NCBI GenBank assembly: GCA_030390025.1
Contig: CM059432.1
Span: forward strand, 29,824,001-29,888,000
Length of the DNA stretch: 64,000 bases
Direction: 5' to 3'
Source: Squalus acanthias
Lineage: Eukaryota
The notes below the pieces were generated by a model. It was not told the DNA's origin and searched no databases. It worked only from the letters and a program-made list of their open reading frames with translations. Within the stretch, counting starts at the first letter, position 1, and every line of letters begins with the position of its first letter. This document shows positions 48,955 to 62,535 of the stretch, in pieces. The translations under genes were made by a program, and so were the position numbers.

Positions 48955-50062
48955 AAGCCTGGTGGTAAAACCCCCATTTCTGAGTCAGAAGGTCGTGAGT
49001 TGAAGCCCCACTCCAGGATTTCAGTACTTAATCTAGGTTGAGACTTCAGTGCAGTACTGAGGAAGTGCTACATTGTCAGAGATACCATCTTTCAGTTGAG
49101 GCATTAAACTGAGGCCCTAGCTGTTTGTTCAGGTGGATGTAAAAGATTCCATAGCACTGAGTTCTCCTGGTGAAGCCAATGCTCCTGCACACTCTTGTAT
49201 TCCATTTGCACATGCCATGACGTACCAACTCGCTATGTAGCAGAGACGGGAGCCACCAATGGAAGGCTCTGTATTCGGGGTGGGGAGTGCTGCATGCAGC
49301 AGTAGCGTCCAATGTTGCTTTGAGTCACTTCACAGATACTTAGGCCGTATGCCATTTCACAGCCTCGAAGAAATGGATTTGAATTGTGAGGTCATAGCTC
49401 CTATTCTGTTATTTAAAGGGGCTGCTCCTAAATATTTGGCTCCACTTCATCCCTACGTTTCTGATCTTTGGCCACCTGGTGCGCTAAGGGTGGACAGGTT
49501 GGAGGACCTCCTCTTGGCTCTGTTCCTGAGCCTGGCCAAAACAGCCATCCACAGGGCCCAATGGGAGGGTTGCTCTGACTGCCTGCCTCTATTTTGCAGT
49601 CTTGGTTGCACCCGGGTGGCCCTGGACAGGAATCACGCAGTGTCCACCGGTACATTAAAGGGCTTCCCTGATCGGTGGGGACTGCAGGATCTTCGCTGTG
49701 TAATTCAGGAGGCAAATTAGATCATGATTTAGTGTCACTCTTAATATATCAGTTTGAATAGACCATGTGAGAATACTGTCTTTGCGGTACCTTCCTTTTA
49801 AAGAGGGGGTACTAGTGGTGGTGATTTTGAATAGGTGGCATTGGGCTATTTCAAAATGGTCCTGGTCAAGGCAACATTCATCCTTCAACCAGTACCATCA
49901 ATATATAATCTGATCATTAATCTAATTTGCTGTGTGAAGATTAGCTCGTGTTTGTCTATATAATGATGGTGAATACACTTCAAAAATAATTCATTAGTTG
50001 TAAAGTGCTTTGGGACATCCTGAGGATGTGAAATATACTAGATAAATGCACGTGCTTTCTTT
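48955..50062 (+). mobile_element. Deu-domain SINE split by a Tx1-like insertion (48955-49172 and 49860-50062)
   Basis: Head TCTGAGTCAGAAGGTCGTGAGTTGAAGCCCC; tail TGGGACATCCTGAGG...ATAAATGCA. Confidence 0.7.
49175..49830 (+). mobile_element. Tx1-clade (L1 group) LINE ORF2 C-terminal fragment
   Basis: EDLLLALFLSLAKTAIHR...DCLPLF...RVALDRNHAVSTGTL..F..RW resembles Tx1 ORF2 C-termini. Confidence 0.7.
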
Positions 50063-52614
50063 CATTATAACTTCCATTTGTTAATAATTAAAGCTTCCAG
50101 TGATCTTTGATCCATTAGAATTCTATACAATGTAGTGAATGTGGACTGGCTGCTTACACTGGGATTCTCTAGAATTACAAAACTAGAATAGATCTTACAG
50201 AAGCTCTACTGAATAGCTTGCTTCAAAAACATGTTTGATCTTTGGAAAAAAAAGTAAGAGTCAGCAATAATCACCAAAATTCATTTATAAACAGCAAGAA
50301 AAAAATAACATATTTAACAAGTATCAAATAGAAATTAATTCTCCAGGAAAGCAATATGCAGTCAATAAATAACAAAGACTATTCATATTATGAATCCTTC
50401 CATCTGTGGGACACAAAACATTATATATAATAGTCAATGTTATGCACATTTCTATGAGATGTCAATGGGAATGTCACTGCATACACACGATTTTTGCTCC
50501 TTCACACCAACCAGCAGTTCCTCTTCCCTAAACAATATTAAAGATATGACCAAGCTCTATGCTGAAGCATGATGGATGCCCACTCCCTATATTATTAGGT
50601 GTGGAGGCCTGAGGCTCACAACACACCACAGCTCACTCTAATGTGCGCAGAGGTCTGGGATCCTGCGCACAAGGCCCAGCCTGGCCTGCAACTTGAATTC
50701 AACTTAGGCCCCATAATGCGACTAAACTGCCTGAGCAGGGCTCCAGATACACAGCACATGTTTGGAATGGGCGCGGAAGTGCAGGCTGCATTAATTCCCT
50801 ATGCATTATATATACATATACATTTAAAAAAATTTCCCGAGGTGCACCCTTCCCTCCCCCTGTCCTCCGTTCTGTGTCCCTCTCCCCATCGAAAATTGCT
50901 CGCTGCAGAACGGGCAGCCAACAGCCCTTTAGTGGCTGCTGGAGCCCAACATTCTGGCCTGGGCACATGCAGCAAGTCATTTGCAATGCGCCTTGCCTTG
51001 AGTGTCATAAAATCACGTGAATGAGCTGATCTCGTTATCCAGTGAAGTCAGCTTACTTATTGGCCCCATGATGTACAAGGAGCTTTTGATGGTATGGGCA
51101 CAATTAGGAACTCAGTACGGAAGTACTGAAATGTTTTTAAATATTGAAATCTTTAATGTACAGTTCTTGCAGAGTGCAAGAATAAAATATATTAAATCAT
51201 TCCTCTTAATAGATAAAATTGGCCATTTCTATCCTAACACCAAGCCGGTGTGAGCTACTCCTTTAAAAAATAGCTTTCCTTTTCTTTCTGAGTGAGGTAT
51301 TTCTCTAGGTAAGCTCCCCCTGTTCTCTATTATTCTGCTTTTTCCTTTGTCCGCCTGGCCTGACACATGGCAACCGAGGTTGGTGGGTGGTAGTGCCTGC
51401 ACCCACTCTGCCAATACTCGGTGTGAACGTCTGCTCAAAGGAGCCAGGGATTGCTCAAGTGAGACTCTCCCGCGGATCTTCCATTCTCCTTTGCTCTGCC
51501 CTGTCACAGGCTCCACCATGCGTATTGCTGCTGAGTAGAGTGGGGCAGACTCCTGCTCCATGGCATCGAGCATCAACACTTTGCAATGTTGCCCATTCTA
51601 ATATATTGGATATGAAGGCAGTGTATAATATAGTGTATCTCAGCCTTAAAATATAGACTGATGACAGACCCAGGTTACAAAAAAAAAGATTGAAAATTGT
51701 TAATAACCTTTTATGGACATCGCTACATATCAAACAAAATGCACTCTTCATCAACTATCACCATTACTGTAATTAAAAACTCCACAAGTAGATAAATAAT
51801 GTATCTAAACAGCTTCAGGGAAGCTAGTTCACAGCTGCAAACTAATCCCCAGATTCAGAGGATAGTTAGAAATGCCTTGGGTTTGGGTTTCATTTTTGTT
51901 TTGTGGCAAATTTAATGTCCATCAAGGTAAAAGGATGTTAGTACCGGAGAATGGAACCGTTTTCCACTTTTCCATCCATTGTAAGCATCAAGAACTCCCA
52001 AGTCAGGTACAGTATGGGTTAGCTGTGGAGCAAAGCTCCCACTACACAACCCATCAAGCACACCTAGGCAAGGTAAAGCTCCCAGTACCGCACGCCACGA
52101 TCATCACAAGCAAAGTAACAAGAATCAAGACTGTACAATATTTAATAAAACTGGAGGCAGCTGAGTTTAAAAAAAATCTGAGAATCTATGAGAATATAAA
52201 GACCACAATTTATAAATGTTACTCCACTGGTGTGGGACAGGAAAATAAACCCCAAACACATCCGGTAGGTTCAGAGACCGAGCGGCCATTTCATACCAGA
52301 ATCTTTGTTTAAATACAATGACTTTCATTCCCTGTGGATGGCAGGTGGTGATGATTTGTAAACACCGCTAGATTTGCAATTGTGACGTTGCTGAAGGTTT
52401 TTCTTGCAGGACTACATTCTGGGTCCTTACATGAGAGAAAAAAACTCCACAGAAAATTCTTGTGCAGAACAATAGTAGGAATTGTAGGCCAAACTGTTGT
52501 CCGCTGGTTGTCTGTACAGTTTCACTCAAGGAGGTAGGCAAACTGTCCCAAGGAAGTCCCCTCCCCTCTTCCCAGCCACCTGGTTGGTGTTGAGATGGTT
52601 TCATGATGAGACAC

Positions 52615-52659
52615 CTACAGAAGTCGATCAAAATCTGGGCTTGATCTGAATTGGTTTCC
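52615..52659 (-). CDS. Candidate coding part of a host terminal exon (GNQFRSSPDFDRLL* in phase 0, or KPIQIKPRF* in phase 1)
   Basis: Strong acceptor CCTTTGTCTTCTTTTGCAG|G followed by an early stop and ~2.5 kb of mostly repeat-poor, AT-rich sequence; gene not recognised. Confidence 0.3.
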   Translation of the reverse strand, partial: GNQFRSSPDFDRLL

Positions 52660-53184
52660 CTGCAAAAGAAGACAAAGGTTATTGATAGCAACAGCATCAT
52701 AGAATTTATAGCACAGAAAGAAACTATTTGGCCCATCACACCTGTGCTAGTGTTAGCTCTTTAACTGGCTCTAGCAAATCTAATCCCACTTCCTTACCCT
52801 TTCCTCATATCCTTCTATATTCTTCCTTTCCAAATACTTCTCCAATTCCTTTTCAAATTATGTTATAATCTCTACCTCAATAGTCACCTTGGTAAAATGT
52901 TCCATGTTCTAATAATCCTGAGTCCATGTCCCCTTGCTACCGATTCACCAATCAGTGGAAAGTAGGTTTCCCTATTTACCCTCAAAACATTTCATAATTT
53001 GAACATCTCCTTAACCTTCTATTTTCCAGTGGAAAAAAAAACTTTCCTTTGGTTCATATACTAAAACTGGGTCATTGAAATTGACCCAAAAAAACTCAAT
53101 GTCAACCAAACCTCAAATTTAATTTATAAATCTTAAAATGTTTGCTTGAAAGATTGCATTAGTAAAAATCTGCATACAGTTAAT

Positions 53185-53380
53185 AATCATAGAAATTTAC
53201 AGCACAGGAGGAGGCCATTTGGCCCATCTTGTCTGTGCCAGCTGACAAAAAGCTATCCAGCCTAATCTCACTTTCCAGCACTTGGTCCGTAGCCTTGTAG
53301 GTTATGGCATTTTAAGTGCATATCCAAGTACTTTTTAAATGTGATGAGGGTCTCTACTTCTACCACCCTTTCAGACAGTG
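53185..53380 (-). mobile_element. CR1 3' tail fragment
   Basis: CATAGAAATTTACAGCACAGGAGGAGGCCATT tail, as at 12733 and 52697. Confidence 0.75.
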
Positions 53381-53686
53381 ATAATACTTGGCGTGGTCAT
53401 ATACTGGGCATGCCTCAGTTAAGGGGGTTAATTCTAGCTTAGAGTTTCCCATAGTAACCTGGCAGGAGACTGGCGGAACCCTTGTTGAGTTTCGGGACCA
53501 TCATGTCCAAGTGTCCCAGTGGTTGAGTTGGTACATGCACCGTCTGGTGTGAAACTAAGCCATACAGACCATGACATATTCTAAAGCTTTGCTCCCTAGT
53601 CTGTGCTGAGTTACCCAATGTCTGCCTTGGTAGGGGCTAGTTAGTTAATTAACTGGTCTAATCTGGTTCTGTAACTGCCAGAGAGC

Positions 53687-53784
53687 TGACTCATAAATCT
53701 CAGTAGTATAAATAAGGAAGGCTAGAGTGCAGTGGTCACAGAGTGCAGCTTGGAACAGAGTGTAAGCCTGCGAGTTTGGTGAGT
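53687..53784 (+). promoter_or_regulatory. Putative CR1 internal promoter: AP-1 site, TATA box, splice donor
   Basis: TGACTCA 53687-53693, TATAAATA 53707-53714, GTGAGT 53779-53784; CRE TGACGTCA further on at 54049-54056. Confidence 0.45.
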
Positions 53785-54185
53785 GAGGTGCTTCTTTCTT
53801 CTTTTTCTATTTTTGTCAGCCTCCAGGAGAGCAGGAGTTAAAAATCTGCATGAACGGGAACAGAGAACCAGCGGTAGTTCGTCTCTGTGAAATCCCCCAA
53901 ACGCAGTCGGAGAAAAATAAAAGCTGACATCACAGGGAAAAGGCAGAGGCCGCGGACCTGAGCGGGAGCAGAGGCGGAGCAAATAAATAGCGCGGCAGAG
54001 GAAGGCCCGAGAGCAGAGGCAGCGGACCTGGACAACAAAAACAAGGAGTGACGTCACAGGAAAGCAGGGAAGGGATTGGTTTGTCAGTATTTCTCTGTTT
54101 TCTTGGGCATTGGTTTAAATTAAGAGCCGGGATTAAAAACTAAGCGTTCAAAACTTAAACACTTAATTAATTAAATACATTAGAG

Positions 54186-55106
54186 ATGGCAGGGCAGGCG
54201 ATGTGTTACTGCTGAAACATGTGGGAGCTGGTGGATACCATTGAGGTCCAAGGTGACCACATTTGCAGTAAGTGTTGGTTGCTTGAGGAACTTTGGCTCA
54301 GTGTTGATGAGCTGGAGTCCGAGCTTCAAACACTGCAACATATCAGGGAGGGGGAGAGTTACCTGGACGCTGTGTTCCAGGAGGCAGTCACACCCCTTAG
54401 ATTAACTAATTAAAATTTGGTCCGTGGTCAGGAACAGGTGGGTGTGACTACGAGCGAAGTATGTATGGGGACCCAGGAGGTAGTGGTGGAGGAGCCTCAG
54501 CCTTTGCTCTTGTCCAACAGTTACGAGATTCTTACTCCGTGTGGACGAGAGCAGGGACTGCATTGAGGATGAGCAAATTGACCACAGCACCGTGGTACAG
54601 GGAGCCATTCAAGTGGGGGGAGCAAAAAGAAATGTGGTAGGGTACAGTATAGTTAGGGGGATAGACACTGTTCTCTGCAGCCAAGAGCATGAGTCCCGAA
54701 GGCTGTGTTGCCTGCCCAGTGCCAGGGTAAAGGACATCTCCTCCGGGCTGGAGAGGAACTTGGAGTGGGAGGGGAAATATCCAGTTGTCGTGGTCCATGT
54801 AGGAACCAACGACACAGGTAGGACAAAGAAAGAGGTTCTGCTGAGGGAGTATGAGCAGCTAGGGACTAAATTAAAAAGCAGAACCACAAAGGTAATAAGC
54901 TCTGGATTACTACCTGAGCCACGTGCAAATTGGCATAGGGTAAATAAGATCAGAGAGATGAACGAGTGGCTCAAAGATTGGTGTGGGAGAAATGGGTTTC
55001 GATTCCTGGGGCACTAGCACCAGTACTGGGATAAGAGGGAGCTGTTCCGTCGAGACGGGCTTCATTCGGACCAGGCTGGGACCAGTGTCCTGGTGAATCA
55101 AATAAC
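54186..55106 (+). pseudogene. CR1 ORF1: zinc finger/leucine zipper + SGNH esterase-like domain
   Basis: MCYC*...ICSKC then heptad LEELWLSVDELESELQTL; VVGYSIVRG, VVVHVGTND and DGLH motifs; several stops and frameshifts. Confidence 0.85.
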
Positions 55107-56340
55107 TAGGGCTGTAGATAGGGCTTTAAACTAAATAGTGGGGGGAGGGAGGGATTCGCTGAGCAGAAATTTAAAAAGTCAAAGAAAAATGAGAAGGCAA
55201 AAGTGCAGGGTAGCGATAGGGGTAATGATAACCAGAGTGTGACAGGAAGGGACAGAGCGTATACACACAAGAGTGCATCAGAAAGAGGGGCCAGAGTAGG
55301 GAAAAATGGTAAAAAGACAACATTAAAAGCTCTATCGGAACGCACGCAGCATTCGTAACAAGATAGATGAGTTGACAGCACAAATAGAAATAAATGGGTA
55401 TGATCTTGGTTGCAAAGTGACCAAGGCTGGGAACTGAATATTCAGGGGTATTTGCCACTTCGTAAGGATAGGCAGAAAGGAAAAGGAGGTGGTGTAGCTC
55501 TGTTAATAAGGGATGAGATCAGTGCAGTAATGAGAAATGCTATTGGCCTAGAAGATCAAGACGTAGAATCAGTTTGGGTGGAGATAAGAAATAATAAGGG
55601 TAAGAAGTCACTGGTGGGAGTAGTCCACAGGCCCCCAAACAGTAGCCACACTGTAGGACAGAGTATAAATCATAAATAATAGAGGCTTGTAAGAAAGGTA
55701 CAACTATAATCATGGGAGATTTTAATCTTCATATTGATTGGACAAAGCAAATTGGCAAAGGTAGACCTGAGGAAGAGTTCTTCGAGTGTATATGGGATGG
55801 TTTCTTGGAACAATATGTTGTGGAACCAACCAGGGGGAAGACTATTTTAGATCTGGTAATGTGTAACGAGGCTGGATTAATTAATGATCTCAAAGTGAAG
55901 GATCCTCTTGGGAAGAGTGATCATAGCATGGTAGAATTTCAAATTCAGTTTGAGGGTGAGAAAGCTAGGTCTCAAACTAGTGTCCTGAACTTAAATAAAG
56001 GTAATTACAAAGGTATGAAGGCAGACTTGGTTAAAGTGGACTGGGAAAATATATTACAGGGTAAGAATGTAGAAAAGCAGTGGCAAACATTTAAGGAGAT
56101 ATTTCATAACTCAGAGCAAAGATATACTCCAGTGAGAAAGAAAGACTATAAGAGAAGGATGAACCATCCGTGGCTAACTAAGGAAGTAAAGGATGGTATC
56201 AAATTGAAAACAAAAGCATACAATGTTGCGAAGAATAGTGAAAGGCCAGAGGATTGGGACATTTTTAAAAACCAGCAAAGGACGACTAAAAAAATGATAA
56301 AGAGAGAGAAGATAGCTTATGAGAGTAAGCTAGCAAGAAA

Positions 56341-57471
56341 CATAGAAAAATAGGAGCAGGAGTAGGCCATTCGGCCCTTTGAGCCTGCTCCGCCATTCAA
56401 TATGATCATGGCTGATCCTCTATCTCAATACCATATTCCCGCTCTCTCCCCATACCCCTTGATGCCTTTTGTGTCTAAAAATCTATCTATCTCCTTCTTA
56501 AATATATTCAGTGACTTGGCCTCTACAGCCTTCTGTGGTAGAGAATTCCATAGGTTCACCACCCTCCGAGTGAAGAAATTTCTCCTCATCTCAGTCCTAA
56601 ATGTCCTACCCCGTATACTGAAACTGTAACCCCTTGTTCTAGACCCCCCAGCCAGGGGAAACATCCTCCTTGCATCCAGTCTGTCTAGCCCGGTCAGAAT
56701 TTTACACGTTTCAATGAGATCGCCTCTCATTCTTCTAAACTCTAGTGAATACAGGCCTAGTCGACCCAATCTCTCCTCATACGACAGTCCTGCCATCCCA
56801 GGAATCAGTCTGGTGAAACTTAGCTGCACTCCCTCAATGCCAAGTATATCCTTTCTTAGGTAAGGAGACCAAAACTGCACAGTACTCCAGGTGTGGTCTC
56901 ACCAAGGCCCTGTACAACTGTAGTAAGACATCCTTGCTCCTATACTCAAATCCTCTTGCAATGAAGGCCAACATACCATTTGCCTTCCTAACTGCTTGCT
57001 GCACCTGCATGTTTGCTTTCAGTGACTGGTGTACAAGGACACTCAGGTCCCTTTGTACATCAGCATTTCCCAATCTATCACTATTAAAATAATACTCTAC
57101 CTTTCTGTTTTTCCTACCGAAGTGGATAACTTCACATTTATCCACGTTATACTGCATCTGCCATGTATTTGCCCACTCACTCAACTTGTCTAAGTCGCCT
57201 TGAAGCCTCTTTGCATCCTCCTCACAACCCCACCTAGTTTCGTGTCGTCAGCAAACTTGGAAATATTACATTTGGTTCCCTCATCCAAATCATCGATATG
57301 TATTGTGAATAGCTGGGGCCCAAGCACTGATCCCTGCGGTACCCCACCAGTCACCGCTTGCCACCCCGAAAAAGACCCATTTATTCCTACTCTCTGTTTC
57401 CTGTCTGTTAACCAATTTTCAATCCATGCCAGTATATCACCCCCAATCCCATGTGTTTTAATTTTGCACAT
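56341..57471 (-). mobile_element. CR1 LINE, 5'-truncated, nested antisense in the full-length CR1
   Basis: ORFs 57190-57471, 56834-57184, 56425-56880; host reads ...GCAAGAAA|TATAAAAACAGAC across the insert. Confidence 0.93.
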
Positions 57472-59446
57472 AAATATAAAAACAGACAGTAAGAGCTTTT
57501 AGAGGTATATAAAAAGGAAGAGAGTAGCTGAAGTAAACGTTGGTCCCCTAGAGGATGAGTCTGGGAAATTAATAATGGGAAACAGGGAAATGGCGAGACT
57601 TTGAACAAATATTTTGTATCAGTCTTCACAGTAGAAGACACTAAAAGCATCCCAATAATGGATAATCAAGGGGCTACTGGGGTGGGGGTGGGGGTAACTT
57701 AAAACAATCACTATCACTAGAGGGAAAGTACAAGCAAACTAATGGGACTAAAGGTGGACAAGTCCCCTGGACCCGATGGCCTGCATCCTAGAGGCTTAAA
57801 AGAGGTGGCTGCAGAGATAGTGGATGCATTAGTTGTAATCTACCAAAATTCCCTGGATTCTGGAGAGGTCCCAGTGGACTGGAAAACCGCAAATGTAACA
57901 CCCCTATTTATGAAAGGAGGGAGACAGAAAGCAGGCAACCAACCAGTTAGCCTAACATCTGTAATTGGGAAAATGCTGGAGTCCATCATTAAGGAAGTGG
58001 TAGCAGGACATTTAGAAAATCATAGTATAGTCAAGCAGAGTCAGCATGGTTTTATAAAAGGGAAATCATGTTTGACAAATTTGCTGGAATTCTTTGAGGA
58101 TGTAACGAGCAGGGTGCATAAAGGGGAACCAGTAGATGTCGTGTATTTGGATTTCCAGAAGGCATCTGATAAGGTGCCACATAAAGGTTACTACACAAGA
58201 TAAGAGCTCATGGGGTTGGGGGTAATATATTAGCATGGATAGAGGTTTGGCTAACTAACAGAAAACAGAGAGTCGGGATAAATGGGTCATTTTCAGGTTG
58301 GCAAACCGTGACTAATGGGGTGCTGCAGGGATTAGTGCTGGGGCCTCAACTATTTACAATCTATATTAATGACTTGGATGAAGAGACTGAGTGTAATGTA
58401 GCCAAATTTGCTGATGATACAAAGATAGGTGGGAAAGCAAATTGTGTGGAGGACGCAAATAATCTCCAAAGGGATATAGATAGGCTAAGCGAGTAGAGGC
58501 AAAAATCTGGCAGATGGAGTTTAATGTGGGGAAAATGCGAGGTTATCCACTTTGGTCGGAAAAATAAAAAAGCAAATTATTATTTAAATGGGGAGAGATT
58601 ACAAAATGCTGAGGTACAGAGGGATCTGGGGGTCCTTGTACATGAATCACAAAAAGTTAGCATGCAGGTACAGCAAGTAATTAGGAAGGCAAATGGAATG
58701 TTGGCCTTTATTGCAAAGGGAATGGCGTATAAAAGTAGGGAAGTCCTGTTACAACTGCACAGGGCGTTGGTGAGACCACACCTCGAGTACTGCGTACAGT
58801 TTTGGTCTCCTTATTTAAGGAAGGATATACTTGCATTGGAGGCAGTTCAGAGAAGGTTCACGAGTTTGATTCCGGAGATGAAGGGGTTGTCTTATGAAGA
58901 AAGGTTGAGCAGGTTGGGCCTCATTGGAGTTTAGAAGAATGAGAGGAGATCTTATTGAAACATATAAGATTCTGAAGGGGCTTGACAGAGTTGATGCAGA
59001 GAGGATGTTTCCCTTCGTGGGGGAATCTAGAACTAGGGGGCATAATTTCAGAATAAGGGGTCGTCCATTTAAATCGGAAATGAGGAGGAATTTCTTCTCT
59101 CAGAGGGTCGTGAATCTTTGGAATTCTCTTCCCCAGAGAGCTGTGTAGGCTGGGTCATGGAATATATTTAAGGTAGAGATAGACATATTTTTGAAAGGTA
59201 AGGGAGTTAAGGATTAAGGGGAGCGGGTAGGGAAGTGGAGTTGAAGGCCAAGATCAGATCAGCCATGATCTTATTGAATGGCGGAGCAGGCTCGAGGGGC
59301 CAAATGACCTACTCCTGCTCCTACGTCTTATGTTCTTATAGCAGCCCAAAGCTTATTGGAGAAGCAGGATACAAGGAGAAAATCAACCAGGTTTCTCATC
59401 CTCAATCACTATTCAGCAAGGACTGCTGGAAAGGGTGTGCGCATAT

Positions 59447-61990
59447 AAGAACATAAGAAATAGGAGCAGGAGTAGGCCATTCAGCCCTTCGAGCCTGCTC
59501 CGCCATTCAATGAGATCATGGCTGATCTTCTGCCTCAACTCCATTCACCGGCCCTATCGCCATATCCCTTGATGCCTTTACTAGTCAGAAATCGATCGAC
59601 TTCTGTTTTGAATATACCAAATGACTGAGCCTCCACAGCCCTCTGGGGTAGAGAATTCCAAAGATTCACCACCCTCTGTGTAAAGAAATTTCTTCTCATC
59701 TCAGTCATGAATGGCCTACCCTTTATCCTGAGGCTGTGGCCCCTGGTTCTAGACTCCCCAATCAAGGGAAACATTCTCCCAGCATCCACCCTATCAAGCC
59801 CTGTAATCATTTTGTATGCTTCAATGAGATCCCCTCTCATTCTTCTGAATTCAAGAGAATACAGGTCTAGTTTACTCAATCTCTTCTCATAAGACAGTCC
59901 CCGCCATCCCAGGAATCAATCTCGTGAACCTTCGTTGCACTCCCTCTATGGCAAGTATATCCTTCCTTAGGTAAGGAGACCAAAATTGTACACAGTACTC
60001 CAGGTGTGGTCTCACCAAGGCCCTATATAATTGGAGTAAGACTTCTTTACTCCTGTACTCAAATCCTCTTGTAATGAAGGCCAGCATACCATTTGCCTTC
60101 CTAATAGTTGCTGCACCTGCACATTCACTTTTAGTGACTCATGTAAAAGGACACCCAGGTCCCTTTGAGCATCTGCATTCCCTAATCTTTCACCATTTAG
60201 GAAATACTCTGCCTTTCTGTTTTTTCTACCAAAGTGGATAACTTCACATTTATCCACATTATATTCCATCTGCCATGTTCTCGCCCAGTCACTGAGCCTG
60301 TCGAGATCCCCTCGAAGCCTCTTCACATCCTCTTCGCAACTGACACTGCCACCTAGTTTTGTATCATCAGCAAATTTGGAAATGTTACATTTAGTCCCCT
60401 CATCCAAATCATTGATATAGATTGTGAATAGCTGGGGCCCAAGCACCGATCCTTGCGGTACCCCACTAGTCACAGCCTGCCATCCTGAAAAAGACCGGTT
60501 TATCCCTACTCTTTGTTTTCTGTCTGTTAACCAATTCTCAATCCATGCTAGTATATTACCCCCAATTCCATGTGCCCTAATTTTGTTCACCAACCTCTTG
60601 TGTGGGACCTTATCGAAGGCCTTCTGAAAATCCAGATACACCACATCTACCGGTTCCCCTATGTTTACTCCATTAGTTACATCCTCAAAGAACTCCAACA
60701 GGTTTGTCAAACAGGATTTCCCTTTCATAAATCCATGTTGACTCTGCCCAATCTTACTATTAGTTTCTAAGTGCCCAGTTATTGCATCCTTTATGATAGA
60801 TTCCAGCATTTTCCCAACTACTGATGTGATGCTAACAGGTCTGTAGTTCCCAGTTTTCTCTCTCCCTCCTTTCTTAAATAGCGTGGTTACATTTGCTATC
60901 CTCCAATCTGCAGGAACCGTTCCAGAATCTATAGCATTTTGGAAGATGACAACCAATGCGTCCACTATCCCAATGGCCACCTCTTTCAAAACCCTAGGAT
61001 GTAGGTCATCCGGTCGTTGGGATTTATCGACTTTTAGTCCCATTAATTTTGCTAGTACTGTTTTTTTACTAATAATAATTTCTTTAAGTTCCTCATTCTC
61101 GCCACATCCTTGGTCTTCTCGTATTTCTGGGAGGTTTTTTGTGTCTTCCTCCGTGAAGACAGAATCAAAGTATTTATTGAATTTCTCCGCCATTTCCTCA
61201 TTCCCCATTATAAATTCTCCCGTCTCTGACTGTAAAGGACCTACATTCACCTTCACCGGTCTTTTCCTTTTCACATACCTATAGAAGCTTTTACAATCTG
61301 TTTTTATATTTTTCGCTAGTTTGTGCTCATATTCCATTTCTTTTTCAATTTCTTGGTCCCCCCCTTGCTGATTTCTAAAAAGGTCCCAATCCTCAGGCTG
61401 ACCGCTTTTTCTGGCAACTTTATAAGCTTCCTCCTTTGACTTAATACTAAGCTTTAATTTCTTTTGTTAGCCATGGTTGGATCACTTTTCCTTTTGGGTT
61501 TTTATGCCCTAGAGTAATATATGTTTGTTGCAAATGATGCACTATTTCCTGGAATGTTAGCCATTGTATGTCCACCTTCATACCTTTTAGTGTAGTCTCC
61601 CAATCTACCATGGCCAACTTGTCCCTCATACCCTTGTAGTTTCCTCTGTTTAGATTGAAGACCTTAGTTTCAGATTAGACTACATCACTCTCAAACTTAA
61701 TGTAAAATTCAATCATATTATGGTCACTTGTCCCTAAAGGCCCCTTTACCACAAGATTATTGATTAGCCCTTTCTCATTACACAGTACCAGATCCAGAAT
61801 AGCCTGTTCCTTGTTTGTTGGTTCCTCCACATACTGATCCAGGAAACCATCTCGCATGCATTCCAAGAATTCGTCCTCCACACCATTAGTGGTAATTTGA
61901 TTTGCCCAGTCAATATGTAGATTAAAGTCCATGATTACCGTATTGCCCTTGTTACATGCACTTCTAATTTCATGATTGATACTGTGCCCT
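59447..61990 (-). mobile_element. CR1 LINE, 5'-truncated in the endonuclease domain
   Basis: 441-aa RT ORF 60012-61337; APE fragment 61675-62019; ATAT TSD at 59443-59446 and 61991-61994. Confidence 0.95.
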
Positions 61991-62077
61991 ATATGTCTGG
62001 GGTGTGTGGGAGAAGACAATATTGTTAGATTTGGCTGTTATATTCCCCTCAGCTGACACTAACTAATGAAGGATGGA

Positions 62078-62535
62078 AGAAAGATTTGCATTTATATAGT
62101 GTCTTGCACCTCAGAACGTCCCAAAGTGCTTTACAGCCAATTAAGTACTTTTTGAATGAACTCACCACTGTGGTCATGTAGCAAACATTAGCAGCCAATT
62201 TACGCACAGCAGGCTCCCACAAACAGTAATGAAATAAATACCAGATCATCTGTTTTAGTGATGTTAGTTGAGGGATAAATGTTGGCCAGGGCACCGGGAC
62301 AACACCCCAGCTTTTCTACGAATAGTACCGCGGGTTCTTTTACGCCCACCTGGAGAGTGCAGATGGGTCCTCAGTTTAACGTCTTGTCTGAAAGACGGCA
62401 CCTCCGATGGTCCGGCACAGCCTCAGTAAAACGCGGAGATGTCAGCCTAGATTATGTGTGCAAGTCTCTGGAGTGCGACTTGGACCCACAAGCTTCTGGC
62501 TCGGAGGCGAGAGTGCTACCCCTGAGCCACGGTTG
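62078..62535 (-). mobile_element. Full-length Deu-domain SINE
   Basis: Minus strand: GTGGCTCAGGGGTAGCAC head, Deu core, CTATATAAATGCAAATCTTT tail. Confidence 0.85.

Larger units (their letters stand above)
53641..59338 (+). mobile_element. Apparently full-length CR1 LINE (5'UTR, ORF1, ORF2; decayed), with nested CR1
   Basis: ORF1 from ATG 54186; ORF2 APE 55330-56340 and RT 57472-59150; TCTTATGTTCTTA tail; possible TAG TSD; ~4.6 kb without the nested insert. Confidence 0.92.

Noticed and set aside
60012..61337. 441-aa RT ORF (and the 396-aa ORF at 17393-18583) as a host gene or active element
   Set aside because: Standard CR1 ORF2 pieces with frameshifts, 5' truncation and repeat tails.
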